DNA of 64,000 bases, from the NCBI RefSeq assembly GCF_006345805.1, contig NC_043014.1, forward strand, positions 40,796,001 through 40,860,000, read 5' to 3'. The notes below the pieces were generated by a model. That model was not told the DNA's origin. It did no database searches and was given only the letters and a program-made list of their open reading frames with translations. The stretch is from Octopus sinensis (Eukaryota). Numbering within the stretch: position 1 is the stretch's first letter; the number at the start of each line of letters is the position of its first letter. Below are positions 51,767 to 64,000 of this stretch, one piece after another. The translations under genes were made by a program, and so were the position numbers.

Positions 51767-51799
51767 TTAAAGGTACGCTTGTTTGTGGAGTGCTCAACT

Positions 51800-52200
51800 A
51801 TCTACTCTTTTACTCTTTTACTTGTTTCAGTCATTTGACTGCGGCTATACTGGAGCACCGCCTTTAGTCAAGCAAATCGACCCCAGGACTTATTCTTTGT
51901 AAGCCAAGTACTTATTCTATCAGTCTGTTTTGCTGAACCACTAAGTTATGGGGACATAAACACCAGCATTGGTTGTCAAGCGATGTTGGGGAGACAAACA
52001 CAGACACACAAACGCATACACACATATATATATATATGTACATATACATAACAGGTTTCTTTCAGTTTTCATCTACCATATCCATTCACAGGGCTTTGGT
52101 CAGCCTGAGGCACTTGCCCAAAGAGCCACGCAGTAGGACTGAACCTGGAACCATATGGTTGGTAAGCAAGCTACTTACCACACAGCCACTCCTGCACCTA
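51800..52200 (-). mobile_element. SINE-B
   Basis: Reverse complement. Confidence 0.8.
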
Positions 52201-52439
52201 TTTGTGTATTAATTTTATGAGCAGGTTGTTCCATTGATTGGATTAGCTGGAATACTCATTGTCATAACCCATAAAGTCCCTGTCAACATTAAAAGTAATA
52301 ACAAACCAGTGTTCACCTAAGCTGTACTACACTTGTTTTTAAATACAATATCTTTGTGAATATAAAAAGAGGGATTGGGTGGATTAATTTCAAACCCATT
52401 TCTACAGATGAGCGAACTGGAGCAACATAACAGAGTTCG

Positions 52440-52710
52440 ATTCCAGGCTGTGACCTTATGACTCCTGTGCAGGTAGCATGTAAAAAACACCATTTTCGAG
52501 CGTGGCCGTTGCCAGTACCGCTAGACTGGCCCTCATGCCGGTCGCACGTAAAAGCACCCACTACACTCTCGGAGTGGTTGGCGTTAGGAAGGGCATCCAG
52601 CTGTAGAAACTGCCAGATCAGATTGGAGCCTGGCGCAGCCATCTGTTTCGCCAGTCCTCAGTCAAATCGTCCAACCCATCCTAGCATGGAAAGCAGATGT
52701 TAAACGATGA
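52440..52710 (+). mobile_element. RTE 3' end repeat
   Basis: Ends gttaaacgatga. Confidence 0.75.
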
Positions 52711-52778
52711 ATAATAATAATAATAACAACATCAAAAAATACCTTAGGAATGATAACCCAGGTTCAAAATTTTCCCAA

Positions 52779-52824
52779 GACACCTGATGAAGGCTGGAGA
52801 GTATATCAGCCGAAATGTTGTGTT
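52779..52824 (+). ncRNA. Minimal type I hammerhead motif, canonical core
   Basis: gacac CTGATGA a ggctg gagagtatat cagcc GAAA tg TT gtgtt. Stem II is a perfect 5 bp. Position 15.2 is T (probable CpG decay of GAAACGTT). Confidence 0.65.
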
Positions 52825-53439
52825 AACAACAAACAAGATGAGGACAAATATCTGTCAAATATAAATAATATAAATAATGTAAATAATGTACATAATTCCT
52901 CATCTGTTAAATATAGAACTGTATAAAATAAAATTTTTGCCCAAGAACACAACACAGCCCAGTCTGGGATTGAACTCACTACCTCGTGATTGTGAGCCTG
53001 ATGCTCTAACCACCCTACTATACTGAGATAATGATGAAGGTCTTTGTCATCGTACTGTATTGGCACAGACGGTTGGAAGTTAGAATCTCTGTCTTGTACT
53101 CTGTACCAAAGCAACACTCTGTTATTCAAACCTGGCTTGTGTCCATCTTTAGATTATTTTGGGATTGATAAAATAAGTATTAGTATTTCATTGGCTTTTA
53201 GTTATACTTATTTGGCTACTCAAACTGAAATTATAACTAGAGATGAAATAATTGTCATTCATGTTTCAGAAAGAAAGATGAAAGTTAGAATATAGAGTTC
53301 TTTGTGAAGCCAATATTATTTGGCTTATTTCACTGATATACATTGCCGTTCTTCCTAATGAGGTAGTATCTATGTGGTGGTCACTTAGTTTGCCAGAAAT
53401 AGCAGCCAAATCTCTACAGAGAAGCACCTTTGTCTTTGA

Positions 53440-54180
53440 TATTTTAGTTGTCCCTGCCATTGGACTGCAGTAACCCCATTTTGAAGGGTTTTAGTCGAAC
53501 AGATGAACCCCAGTACTTATTTTTTTCATGTGTGGTACTTATACAATTTTCCCTCCCTTTTTTTTTAGCTAAACTGCTAATTCATGGGGATGTAAACAAA
53601 CCAACACCAGTTGTCAAGTGGCGGGTGACAAATATAGACACAAAGACACTACAGACATAAAAGTACACATGCACATACACACATGCATGTGCACGCACAT
53701 ACACACATGCACACTTATATTTTGTAGGCTTCCTCGCAGTTTCCATCTAATAGATTTGTTCACAAAGCCTTGATCGGACAGGGACTATTGTAGAAGTCAC
53801 ATGCCCAAGGTAGTGCACTGTTGGATTGAACCCAAAACCATGTGGTAGCACAAACCAAGCTTCTTAACCACACATGCATGTCTGCATTTTGGACACATCT
53901 GATAATTTAGTCCTAGATACCTGTAAGTACGCACAAATTGGATGGTTGTGTCTGAAATACCTTTGATCATATCTTTTATCTTGTTTCAGTCATTAGACTG
54001 TGGCCATGCTGGGGCACCACCTCCAGGAATTTTAGTCAAAGTAATTGACCCTAGTACTTGTATCTTTTTTAAGCCTGTTACTTATTTTCTTGGTTTCTTT
54101 TTGCCAAACCACTAAGTTGCAGGGACATAAACACTAGCACCAGTTGTGAAGTGGTAGTGGAGGACAAACATAAACACAAA
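53440..54180 (-). mobile_element. Degenerate SINE-B copies
   Basis: Diverged family B motifs. Confidence 0.6.
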
Positions 54181-54181
54181 G

Positions 54182-54212
<31 letters not shown>

Positions 54213-55839
54213 AAATACAAAATGGGACAAGAATGCAAAACATCTGGACAACTAGGTGATACAAAAAGGGACAACAAAACATCCAGATAGATGATACAAA
54301 AAATGCAAGGATGGGTCATTCGAAGCTTTTTATCCTCAGTCAAGAACCGGATCATCCTCGCAATTTTGGCTGATTAATCTTGAGATTGCTCCAATCTGGC
54401 CAGCCCCAAGAAAAGACTAAGCTAAGAGCATTAGATTCCTTGGACAAAAGTATCGAATGTATACGAAAACAAGGACGGAAAAACAGACGATGTTACACGA
54501 ATATAAATACAAAATACAATAAAAATAATGATAATGATAATAATAACAGGACATAACAACAGGTGTCTTTTGACTAAGGACGAATTGAATTAAGCTGGTG
54601 TGTGTGGAAATGGAGCCTTACGGCAGAGATACAAAACTTTCACAAACACAGGGAAGAATATTGATGTAGCAGTGACCATGGTCAGATGCAAAAAGAGGAC
54701 TGGCAGTCTGGCCTTTCGGTCACGTGGGAAGAGAAGAGAGAGAAAAGGAGGAACAAAAGAATTAAGGAGGGGGAGGAGAAGAGGGAGAGAGAGAGTGTTG
54801 TAGAAGCAGATGGACAGAAGAAAAAGAGATAGGGACATAGTGAAGTGAAAAGTGAGTAAGAAAGGCAAAGAAATGTGAGAGAGAGTGGGGAGAAAGAGTT
54901 GAAAAAGTCTTACAAAATTTAGTATGCACGTGATAGGTTTCTTTCAGTTTCTTTCTACCAAATCCACTCACAAGGCTTTGATCAACTTGAGACACTTGCC
55001 CATGGTGTCACAGAGTGAGACTGAACCTGGAACCATGTGCTTTGGAAGTAAGCTTCTTACACACAACCATGCCTGCATCTAGCATGTTTGAGGCTGGAGC
55101 TGATCTGGGGCTAGACAAATAGCAACCACTACTGTCTTGGCATCTTTGCTGCCAGGTAGATTCACATCGGTGCCGACTTGCTAATCAGGTTAGAATATTT
55201 GATGTGGTAATTTGTGATCAGAAATATTCAGAAAGCCTTTTAGGAAGCCATTTTTAAGTATAAAATTATTGAATATTAAAGAGATTTTGAAATATATTAA
55301 ATGCTTATCTAACAAAATAATTAAAATGATAGAACCATCTTGTTTGCTTTACTTAAATTGATAATCAATAGCATTCAATAGAAACCAGTTTTAAGTCTGA
55401 AAAGCTGATCATTTAATATTTGAGATTGCGCTGCTACTCTGGTATGTGAATGTCTGTCACCGAGAAATAAATTTAGCTTGATAATGAAATATTTTATTTA
55501 TTTAAGAAGAAAATACGGTTAATAGCTAAATCTAATTCATATGAGAGATAACAGAACTTATATGTACTTAATACTAGTTATTTTACTGTGGGAAACAAAA
55601 AAGAGTAATTTACCTAAAGTGGTTTACCATCGTAGTTTTAGTTAGGAAGTTTTATATTACTATGGCTTGAGGTAGACATAAATATAATGGAAGTTAATTA
55701 TTAATGACAGCAGTTTACTTACTTGTCTTCTGTAGAATTTACATCAGTTTCAAAACTTATTTATGTTATATTTAATGTGCCTCCAACTAAATCATGTCTG
55801 CACTAGATATGTAACAGCTTCTTGAAAAAAAGGGTCATA

Positions 55840-56220
55840 GGCACAGGAGTGGCTGTGTGGTAAGTAGCTTGCTTACCAACCACATGGATCCGGGTTCAGT
55901 CCCACTGCGTGGCACTTTGGGCAAGTGTCTTCTACTATAGCCTCAGGCCGACCAAAGCCTTGTGAGTGGGAACTGAAGAAGCCTGTCATATATATGTACA
56001 TATATATATGTGTGTGTCTGTGTTTGTCCACCCCTCCCAACATCGCTTGACAACCAATGCTGGTGTGTTTACGTCCCCGTAACTTAGCGGTTTGGCAAAA
56101 GACCCCGATAGAATAAGCACTAGGCTTACAAAAAACAAGTCGATTTGCTCGACTAAAGGCGATGGTGCTCCAGCATGGCCACAGTCAAATGACTGAAGCA
56201 AGCAAAAGAGTAAAAGAGTG
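55840..56220 (+). mobile_element. SINE-B
   Basis: Near full length. Confidence 0.85.
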
Positions 56221-56794
56221 TTAACACTCTTAAAGTTCTGAAGTTTCTCTGGTTAAAAAAAAAAAACAGAACAAAATAAGTTATCGGTTAATGGCATTAT
56301 CATATTGTTTGTTGGGAACCCCTCCACTTATTTGAGCAAGCAACCGACATTACATATTTTGTATCAAATATCTCTACTTCTTGGTTCTCGTTATTCAAAG
56401 GTTCTTTATCTATCAGCAACAGTGAAGTTGTACTCCTTTTCTTTTTAACCTTTTGTTATTCTTTCAATAGCATGTGATAGCAGTCCATTCACAGAAACCC
56501 TTCGAAAATAGATGTTTTAGCCATTATCAAGAGCTGAAAAGATCTCCTGAACATTTTTTATTTCCTATGTAGCTGAAACTTTGGACATACAGAACATAAA
56601 TTCTTCATTTACAGTGGTCAAAGTTATTGTGCTCAGTTGTATATCATTGATAAGCCTTCAGAAAAGTGAAACATGTTTGATGTTCTCATAAATCACTGCA
56701 GCAATGATGTCCATCTCGGTGTCATCATCATCATCATCATCATTGTTTAACATGCGCTTCCCATGTTGGCATGGGTTTGACGGTTTCACATGGA

Positions 56795-57210
56795 GCGGCA
56801 AGCTGGCAGAAACGTTTGCACGTCGGGCGAAATGCGTAGCCGTTGTTCGTCTGCCGTTACGTTCTGAGTTCAAATTCCGCCGAGGTCGACTTTGCCTTTC
56901 ATCCTTTCGGGGGTCGATAAATAAAGTACCAGTTACACACTGGGGTCGATATAATCGACTTAATCCGTTTGTCTGTCCTTGTTTGTCCCCTTAGTGTTTA
57001 GCCCCTTGTGGGTAGTAAAGAAATCAGTATTTCGTCTGCCCTTAGGTTCTGAGTTCAAATTCCGCCGAGGTCGACTTTGCCTTTCATCCTTTCGGGGGTC
57101 GATAAATAAAGTACCAGTTACGCACTGGTGTCGATTATAATCGACTTAATCCGTTTGTCTGTCCTTGTTTGTCCCCTCTGTGTTTAGCCCCTTGTGGATA
57201 GTAAAGAAAT
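56795..57210 (+). mobile_element. Two tandem SINE-A copies
   Basis: Family A sequence repeated. Confidence 0.85.
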
Positions 57211-57759
57211 AGGTTTGACATGGAGCTGGCCAGCTGGGAGCTATCCAGACCCCAGTTGTCTGTTGTGGCATGATTTCTGCAGTGTGATGCCCTTCGTAGC
57301 ACCAACCACTTAACAGAGTGTGCTGGGTGCTTTTTACATGCTACTGGCACAGGTGCATATACACAGCACCGGCATCGGTACATTTACACAGCATTGGCAC
57401 TGTTGCTATTATGTGATGTCAAGACAACGACACATACACACACACACATATTGTATGACAGGCTTCTTTCAGTTTCAGCCAACCAAAGACTATGATTTTA
57501 CTTAGCTTGGCATGTCTTACTGAGTACAGCAAATCACCACATCTCCCGGTCCCTTGTCATTTCCTCAGTAAGGCCCAGCATCCGAAGATCCTTTCCCACC
57601 GCTTCATTCCATGTCTTCGTGTCCAGGCAAGGTTTGTTATGGAAGACCATTAGTTGCCCATGCATACCAGCCTCCCCTCTTCATACCACTGATTTAATCA
57701 AAGGGAAATGCAAAGGCCGATATAGCTTGGCACCAGTGACGTCGCAACTCATTTCTGTG

Positions 57760-58175
57760 ACCGTACGACAGGCACCCATGCCAACCCCCTTTGCTTGCGA
57801 AGACATGTTGGGGCAAGCGAAATCGAAATCGAATTGAACCAGCCAGGATCCCTGGTCTGGTGGTACGTAAAAAGCACTATCCGACTCGTGGCCGATGCCA
57901 GCGCCGCCTCGACTGGCTTCCGTGCCGGTGGCACATAAAATACACCAATCCGACCGTGGCCGTTGCCAGCCTTGCCTGGCACCTGTGCAGGTGGCACGTA
58001 AAAAGCACCCACTACACTCACGGAGTGGTTGGCGTTAGGAAGGGCATCCAGCTGTAGAAACATTGCCAGATAAGACTGGAGCCTGGTGCAGCCTCCTGGC
58101 TTCCCAGATCCCCGGTCGAACCGTCCAACCCATGCTAGCATGGAGAACGGACGTTAAACGATGATGATGATGATG
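57760..58175 (+). mobile_element. RTE 3' end repeat
   Basis: Ends gttaaac(gat)n. Confidence 0.8.
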
Positions 58176-59097
58176 AGTGAACTGGAGCAATGTAAAATAA
58201 AGTGTTTTGCTCAAGAATACAACACAAAACCCAGTCCAGGAATCGAACTCACTACCTCATGATTGTGAGCCTGGTGCTCTAACCACTGAGTCATGTGCCT
58301 AAAAATCTAGCCAAGAATTAATCTGATTCTTTTTTTCCCTTCTGCATGTGCACTTTTAATACTGCTGCATTAAGCAGATATTGAGGCTGTTGGGTTTTGA
58401 AATTATACTAAGAAATATCAATAATTGTCTGCACCATGATGTGTTAACCTAAAGTCAATGTTACTTCACAGAATTTCAAATTGTACAGAGCACCATAGAG
58501 TTTAGGTTTTATTCTGCTTCAGTGTGGTAATACATCTAGAAGGCAATTTATGAACAAAACTACTCTCTCTCCCTTCTGGAATAAATGAATGAATAAATAA
58601 AAAAAAAAATGAACAACTGCTTAAAGTCAATGTATTACACTGTAAAGGAAAATTTTATTTCGGTTTTGGGGGTGATGAGGTTAGTAGTGGGTGATAGATG
58701 AATCTATAATTTTTTTTTTTAATGTTGTCTCCTGTTTAAATATGAACTTTAAAAAGATATTTAAAAGTAAAATTATGACAAGCTGTTTGTCAGCCACAGT
58801 CATAACAGTAGCCATGACAACATAATAATAATAGACTTCAAAATACTTTTTAAAGTAAATAAAGATAACTGAATCTATACCATCTCTGCATATAAATTAT
58901 AAACTGTAAACTGAAGTATGATTTAAAAGATGTTGTTGATATTTGTGGCTATTTCCATGCATGCAATGACGAGATATAGTTTTAGGTAACTGAAAAGTGC
59001 GTGTTTGTATATGTGTACATGTGTGTGTATATATGCATACACATACATATATATATATGCTTATATATATGTATATATGAATATATATGTATGTGTG

Positions 59098-59135
<38 letters not shown>

Positions 59136-59389
59136 AAAACTCCACTAGAGTGGACGAAAGCGCTAATATATGATATATGATTTATAAAAACTTGTAACAT
59201 ACTAATAAATATCTGTAAATATAAAACCATCCAAATTTCTGAGTACCCCATGTCTTCTAATATATAATACATGTACATCATCTCCAAACCTTCTAATATA
59301 TATATATAACCGTGCTTTTTCTGTTGTGAGTTTGCTACCCAGGTATCGGTTATCTTTCGAATTATCCGTAATAAGATAATTCATTTGTC

Positions 59390-59433
<44 letters not shown>

Positions 59434-59614
59434 AATTAGAGAAGAACCAACCTTTTATCAATTCGACAATGAAATAACAATGATATAATTAAATTATACC
59501 ATATAGAAAAAAATTAGATATACAATAAAAACATATACCAATAATTAAGTAAAGTATAAAATAATAAATAAAAAGTATATAATTGGTAAAAGTACTACAC
59601 GTGTTATTATATAT

Positions 59615-59945
59615 ATAGGCGTAGGTGTGACTGCGTGGTAAGTAGCTTGCTTACAAACCACATTGTTCCGGGTTCAGTCCCACTGCATGGAACCTAGGGC
59701 AAATGTATATGTATGTGTGTGTGTGTGTATGTTTATGTGTCTGTGTTTGTACCTCCAACATCGCTTGACAACCGATGCTGTTGTTTTTACGTCCCCATAC
59801 TTAGCAGTTCGGCAAAAGAGACTGATAGAATAAGTACTAGGCTTACAAAGAATAAGTCCTGGGGTCGATTTGCTCGACTAAAAGATGGTGCTCCAGCATG
59901 GCCACAGTCAAATGACTGAAACAAAAGAGTAAAGAGTAAAAGAGT
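59615..59945 (+). mobile_element. SINE-B with internal deletion
   Basis: Head and 3' half present. Confidence 0.8.
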
Positions 59946-61139
59946 ATAAACACACACACACACGCATGCTCACACACATATATTTACATGTGATGTATTA
60001 ATTTTGTTGGATCAAAGTTAGGTGGTGTTGAAAAAGTGTTAGTAATGGAAAAGGACAATAGAGATATAAAAAGTTTGAGAAGTTCTGAATTTGGTCATAG
60101 GTTTATTTATTTGGTTAGGGCTCACCAGGGCTAAATAACATCACATTTCTTGTATATACCCTAGTAACAAATTTTTTTTTTTTTTTTTGTAATACATTGT
60201 TATTTCTCACTGCCCTGCTGTTGTTAGACAAGATAAGTAGATTGTTGTTAGAAATCCACTTTATATAAGTCACGATTCTAGTTCATGTACTAAAGTACTT
60301 ATATGTTGCAATCACCGAAGGTTTTTAATTATTTTCTCAGATTATTTTAATTCGTTTTATTGATTAAGTTTAATAAATCAGGATGAAATCAACTGACCCT
60401 GTGTATATTGCAGAATGCACACACATGGATGCATGTGTGTATGCATATGCATACACAAACACACACACACACACACACATGCACGAAAAATATTTGAATA
60501 TTATCTGGTCCCGTGCCATCAAAAATGACGGCTAATTGTAGTATTTTATATGTAAATATGGATGGTAAATCTAATTAATTCACATACTTCCTTTGTACAC
60601 ACACACACACACAAACACATACACACATATTCACACAGAGTTGAAACACTGTTTGACTTTTCTTTTCAGTGTTGAATGTTCACCATCCCACTTCCATTGC
60701 ATGCACACACACACACACAAACAAACAAACATTCATATACCTCCCTTTTACATATAAACCCTTATACTCACACAGGGTTGAAACGGTCCCACTACTAGTT
60801 TGCCATCACCCCCTTTCTTCCTTATTCATCTATCACCCCTTCCTTTCTCATTCATATGTTGTGATGGAGAAAAACACAAGAGTATTATTATAGTAGATGC
60901 TCTTCCAGGTTCAACTTTAACATTTGTTTGATTTGTCAAAACAATTGGCTTTAAAGCTTGTTTATTCTTAAGGTCATTAACTGTGCCCTTGTACTTTTGG
61001 AAATGTTAGCTGCGAATGTGGGCAGTTGCACTGAGGCCTGGACTGCCATACAAAACCACAGGCAAGATGAACAAAGAATGGTCTACAATTTACAAAGCAC
61101 AAATCTGAAGCATTAGGAAACATGTCTGTTTAGCCTTTA

Positions 61140-61700
61140 GGTGCATGTAGGCTGTGTGGTTAAGAAGCTTGCTTCCCAACCATCTTGTGTTGGGTTCAAT
61201 TTCATTGTGCACGACCTTGGGATGGTGTCTTCTACTATAGACCCAAGCCGAACAAAATCTTGTGAGTGGATTTGGTAGATGGAAATAAAAAGAAGCTCAT
61301 CTGGCTTTGTGGTAAGTAGCTTGTTTACCAACCACATGGTTCCGGGTTCAGTCCCACTGTGTGGTACCTTGGGCAAGTGTCTTCTACTATAGCCTCGGGC
61401 CGACCAATGCCTTGTGAGTGGATTTGGTAGACGGAAACTGAAAGAAGCCCGTCGTATATATGTATATATATATATATGCTTGTGTGTGTTTGTGTGTCTG
61501 TGTTTGTCCCCCTAGCATTGCTTGACAACCGATGCTGGTGTGTTTATGTCCCCGTTACTTAGCGGTTCGGCATAAGAGACCGATAGAATAAGTACTGGGC
61601 TTACAAAAGAATAAGTCCCGGGGTCGAGTTGCTCGATTAAAGGCGGTGCTCCAGCATGGCCACAGTCAAATGACTGAAACAAGTAAAAGATAAAAGATAA
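61140..61700 (+). mobile_element. Degenerate SINE-B head followed by a full SINE-B
   Basis: Family B motifs twice. Confidence 0.8.
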
Positions 61701-62869
61701 AGACAAAGAAAGATTATATGTGTTCGTGTGTGTGTACCCTTGTCTTGATATTACATAATAGCTGTTAATGACATCATCATCATCATACAAGCGAGGTTGT
61801 TCATTTCCAGTTTTCCTTGAAAAATATGTCTGGTCATGGGAAAATGTGACCTTGCTCGGTAACAGGTGAGGGCTGGCGACAGGAAGGGCATCTGGCCATA
61901 GAAAATCTGTCTCAACAGACTTCTGTCTGACCCATGCAAGCATAGTAAAAGTGGGCATTAAATGATGATCCTGGATGAATTTCTGACACACATTAGCCGA
62001 CCCGAAAGAAAGCTGTAGGATTGAACCCGGAACCATGTGGTTGGGAAGCACATTTCTTACCACACAACCACTCCTACGCTTATTGTTCGTAAACAGAAAT
62101 TTTCTGTGCTCTTTTAATTAATTTACCTACTTTCCATATAGACGATAGCTTTATATATATTTCCCCATCTAATTGTTGTGTAAACGTTGCAAATGCTTCA
62201 CTCTCTACTTCTTTAACTTTCAAATTTAGTTTGGCAGCTTCATATCATATCTTTCCATCCTTTTCTAATTAAATTCTGTTATCTATACTGTATTCTCTCA
62301 TTTTATGACCATACAACTTTTAATCACATTGCAGATTTTAGTCTTCGTCTTTTCTTATGCTTTTATTTCACCATCTATTTAAATATTCCTTCTAATTTAT
62401 CTCGCTCTTATGTTATGGCGTTTGTGATTTCTTTTGTATTGTCTCTCTGGTTTCTTAACATTTTCTTTCTGTAATAATGCATCTCTTACTTCGCGATAGC
62501 ATTTGAGTGAAGTCATACATTGGAAAACTGTTGGAAGCCTGATTAAATTTTTGAGATTAGTCATTTACTAGTACAGATGGAGACATTCTTAGACTGTTGA
62601 ATGCTTTTTTTGCTTTTTGTCAAATACAATTTTTTTTGTATGTTTTTTCGGGACACATAGTGAAAAATTGATATTAAACTGTTGGAGGTGTTGATTTATA
62701 TACTTACGGAAAAAAAAAAATAAACGCTAAGGGGGCGGACATGCACATACACACGCAGAGTTTAGTTAACAGTCTAGAAAATGTTACTAACAGTAGAGAA
62801 AGCCTATTTTGCCAAGAAAATGTTGGGGCTAGAAAAAAGTAGCAGTTAAGGATATGTTTATGTGAAAAA

Positions 62870-63020
62870 GAGTGGCTGTGTGGTAAGTATCTTGCTTACC
62901 AACCACATGGTTCCAGGTTCAGTCCCACTGCGTGGCACCTTGGGCAAGTGTCTTCTACTATAGCCTCGGGCTGACCAAAGCCTTGTGAGTGGATTTGGTA
63001 GACAGAAACTGAAAGACGCC

Positions 63021-63069
<49 letters not shown>

Positions 63070-63300
63070 TATATATGTATGTATGTGTATGTATATGTTT
63101 GTGTGTCTGTGTTTGTCTCCGCAACATCGCTTGACAACCGATGCTGGTGTGTTTACGTCCCCATCACTTAGCAGTCCGGCAAGAGAGACTGATAGAATAA
63201 GTACTAGGCTTACAAAGAATAAGTCCTGGGGGTCGATTTGCTCAACTAAAGGCGGGGCTCCAGCATGGCCGCAGTCAAGTGACTGAAACAAATAAAAGAA
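62870..63300 (+). mobile_element. SINE-B
   Basis: Full length. Confidence 0.85.
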
Positions 63301-64000
63301 TAGAAGAATAAAGTTAACTCAGCATTATATATGTATTTCCCATGATATGGGAAATCTGGCCAGTGTGTTACTTGAATAATATAGGGATTTCCTCAAATAC
63401 TGGATTACTGAAAACATTTCCTATACAGCGATGATCATAAACAGTAAATATCGTACACATGAATCGCATTAATTTATTGAATTGTGCAGTCAGGCGTCAC
63501 ACTGGGAATGATTTGTGTTGACATTGGAGATCCGATGATGCTTTGATAGAGACAAGTAAATCTGGTATGTGTTCTCTATGGTACAAAGACTAGACAGAAT
63601 TAATATGAAGGAGAACTTGTCACTCTTCTCACCTTGGAATTTATGTAGTTGAAAACAAGTTTTTATATTAGTACCAGTAATGCCGCAGAATTTCATTGCA
63701 TTAAGCATTCTTTGTTGGTCTAACCTCTGCTTCTTCCCCATAGTTGAGTTCTAAAATATTTTCATACAGAAATTTGTACATGCTTGCTTACATAAATGCC
63801 TACTCTCATACATGCATTGATATGTTTAAAACATATACAAAATATATCTAATTTGCTGTAATGTTGGGGGTTATAGAATAGGCAGAGTCGTATGATTGAT
63901 GTTTCTGCTTATGGGAAAAATTTAGCCTGTGTGTAAATTCATGAGAAAGGCTCTAATGTAGTCACACTAGCCATCAAAGTAGCCATGAAACATATTCATT

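Noticed and set aside
63490-63741. 83-aa minus-strand ORF MGKKQRLDQQ...
   Set aside because: No homologue, splice or promoter support; similar ORFs arise by chance.
48682-64000. Further MPPE1 exons
   Set aside because: A search by eye for EWQM/GD.FDEG/GNHD motifs found none; they probably lie beyond the window.

Overview
AT-rich eukaryotic genomic DNA, almost certainly from an octopus. This assignment comes from recalled Octopus-type SINE families and the very large (TA)n/(TACA)n arrays, not from a database search. Most ORFs in the supplied track are microsatellite or repeat artefacts. One confident protein-coding exon is present: the first coding exon of MPPE1/PGAP5 metallophosphoesterase (48434-48681, +). 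A probable divergent promoter lies at ~45.2-45.7 kb, with a speculative unknown gene running the other way. The rest is a dense nest of mobile DNA: two or three tRNA-derived SINE families, RTE and CR1 LINE remnants, two Penelope-like element (PLE) remnants (one ~2.3 kb with RT and GIY-YIG), piggyBac-, Merlin- and Tc1/mariner-type MITEs, a non-autonomous Helitron, and a 15-copy 129-bp satellite with dimeric higher-order structure. There is a 100-N gap at 11701-11800. The most striking unexplained structure is a set of about ten minimal type I hammerhead-ribozyme-like motifs from several repeat families. Their catalytic cores co-vary at the 3-8 tertiary pair (C3-G8, U3-A8 and a swapped G3-C8), and they occur in tandem or head-to-head arrangements. 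A 90-bp decayed copy of the MPPE1 exon is fused to a PLE 3' fragment 4.8 kb upstream of the gene. All alignments, translations and folds were done by eye.
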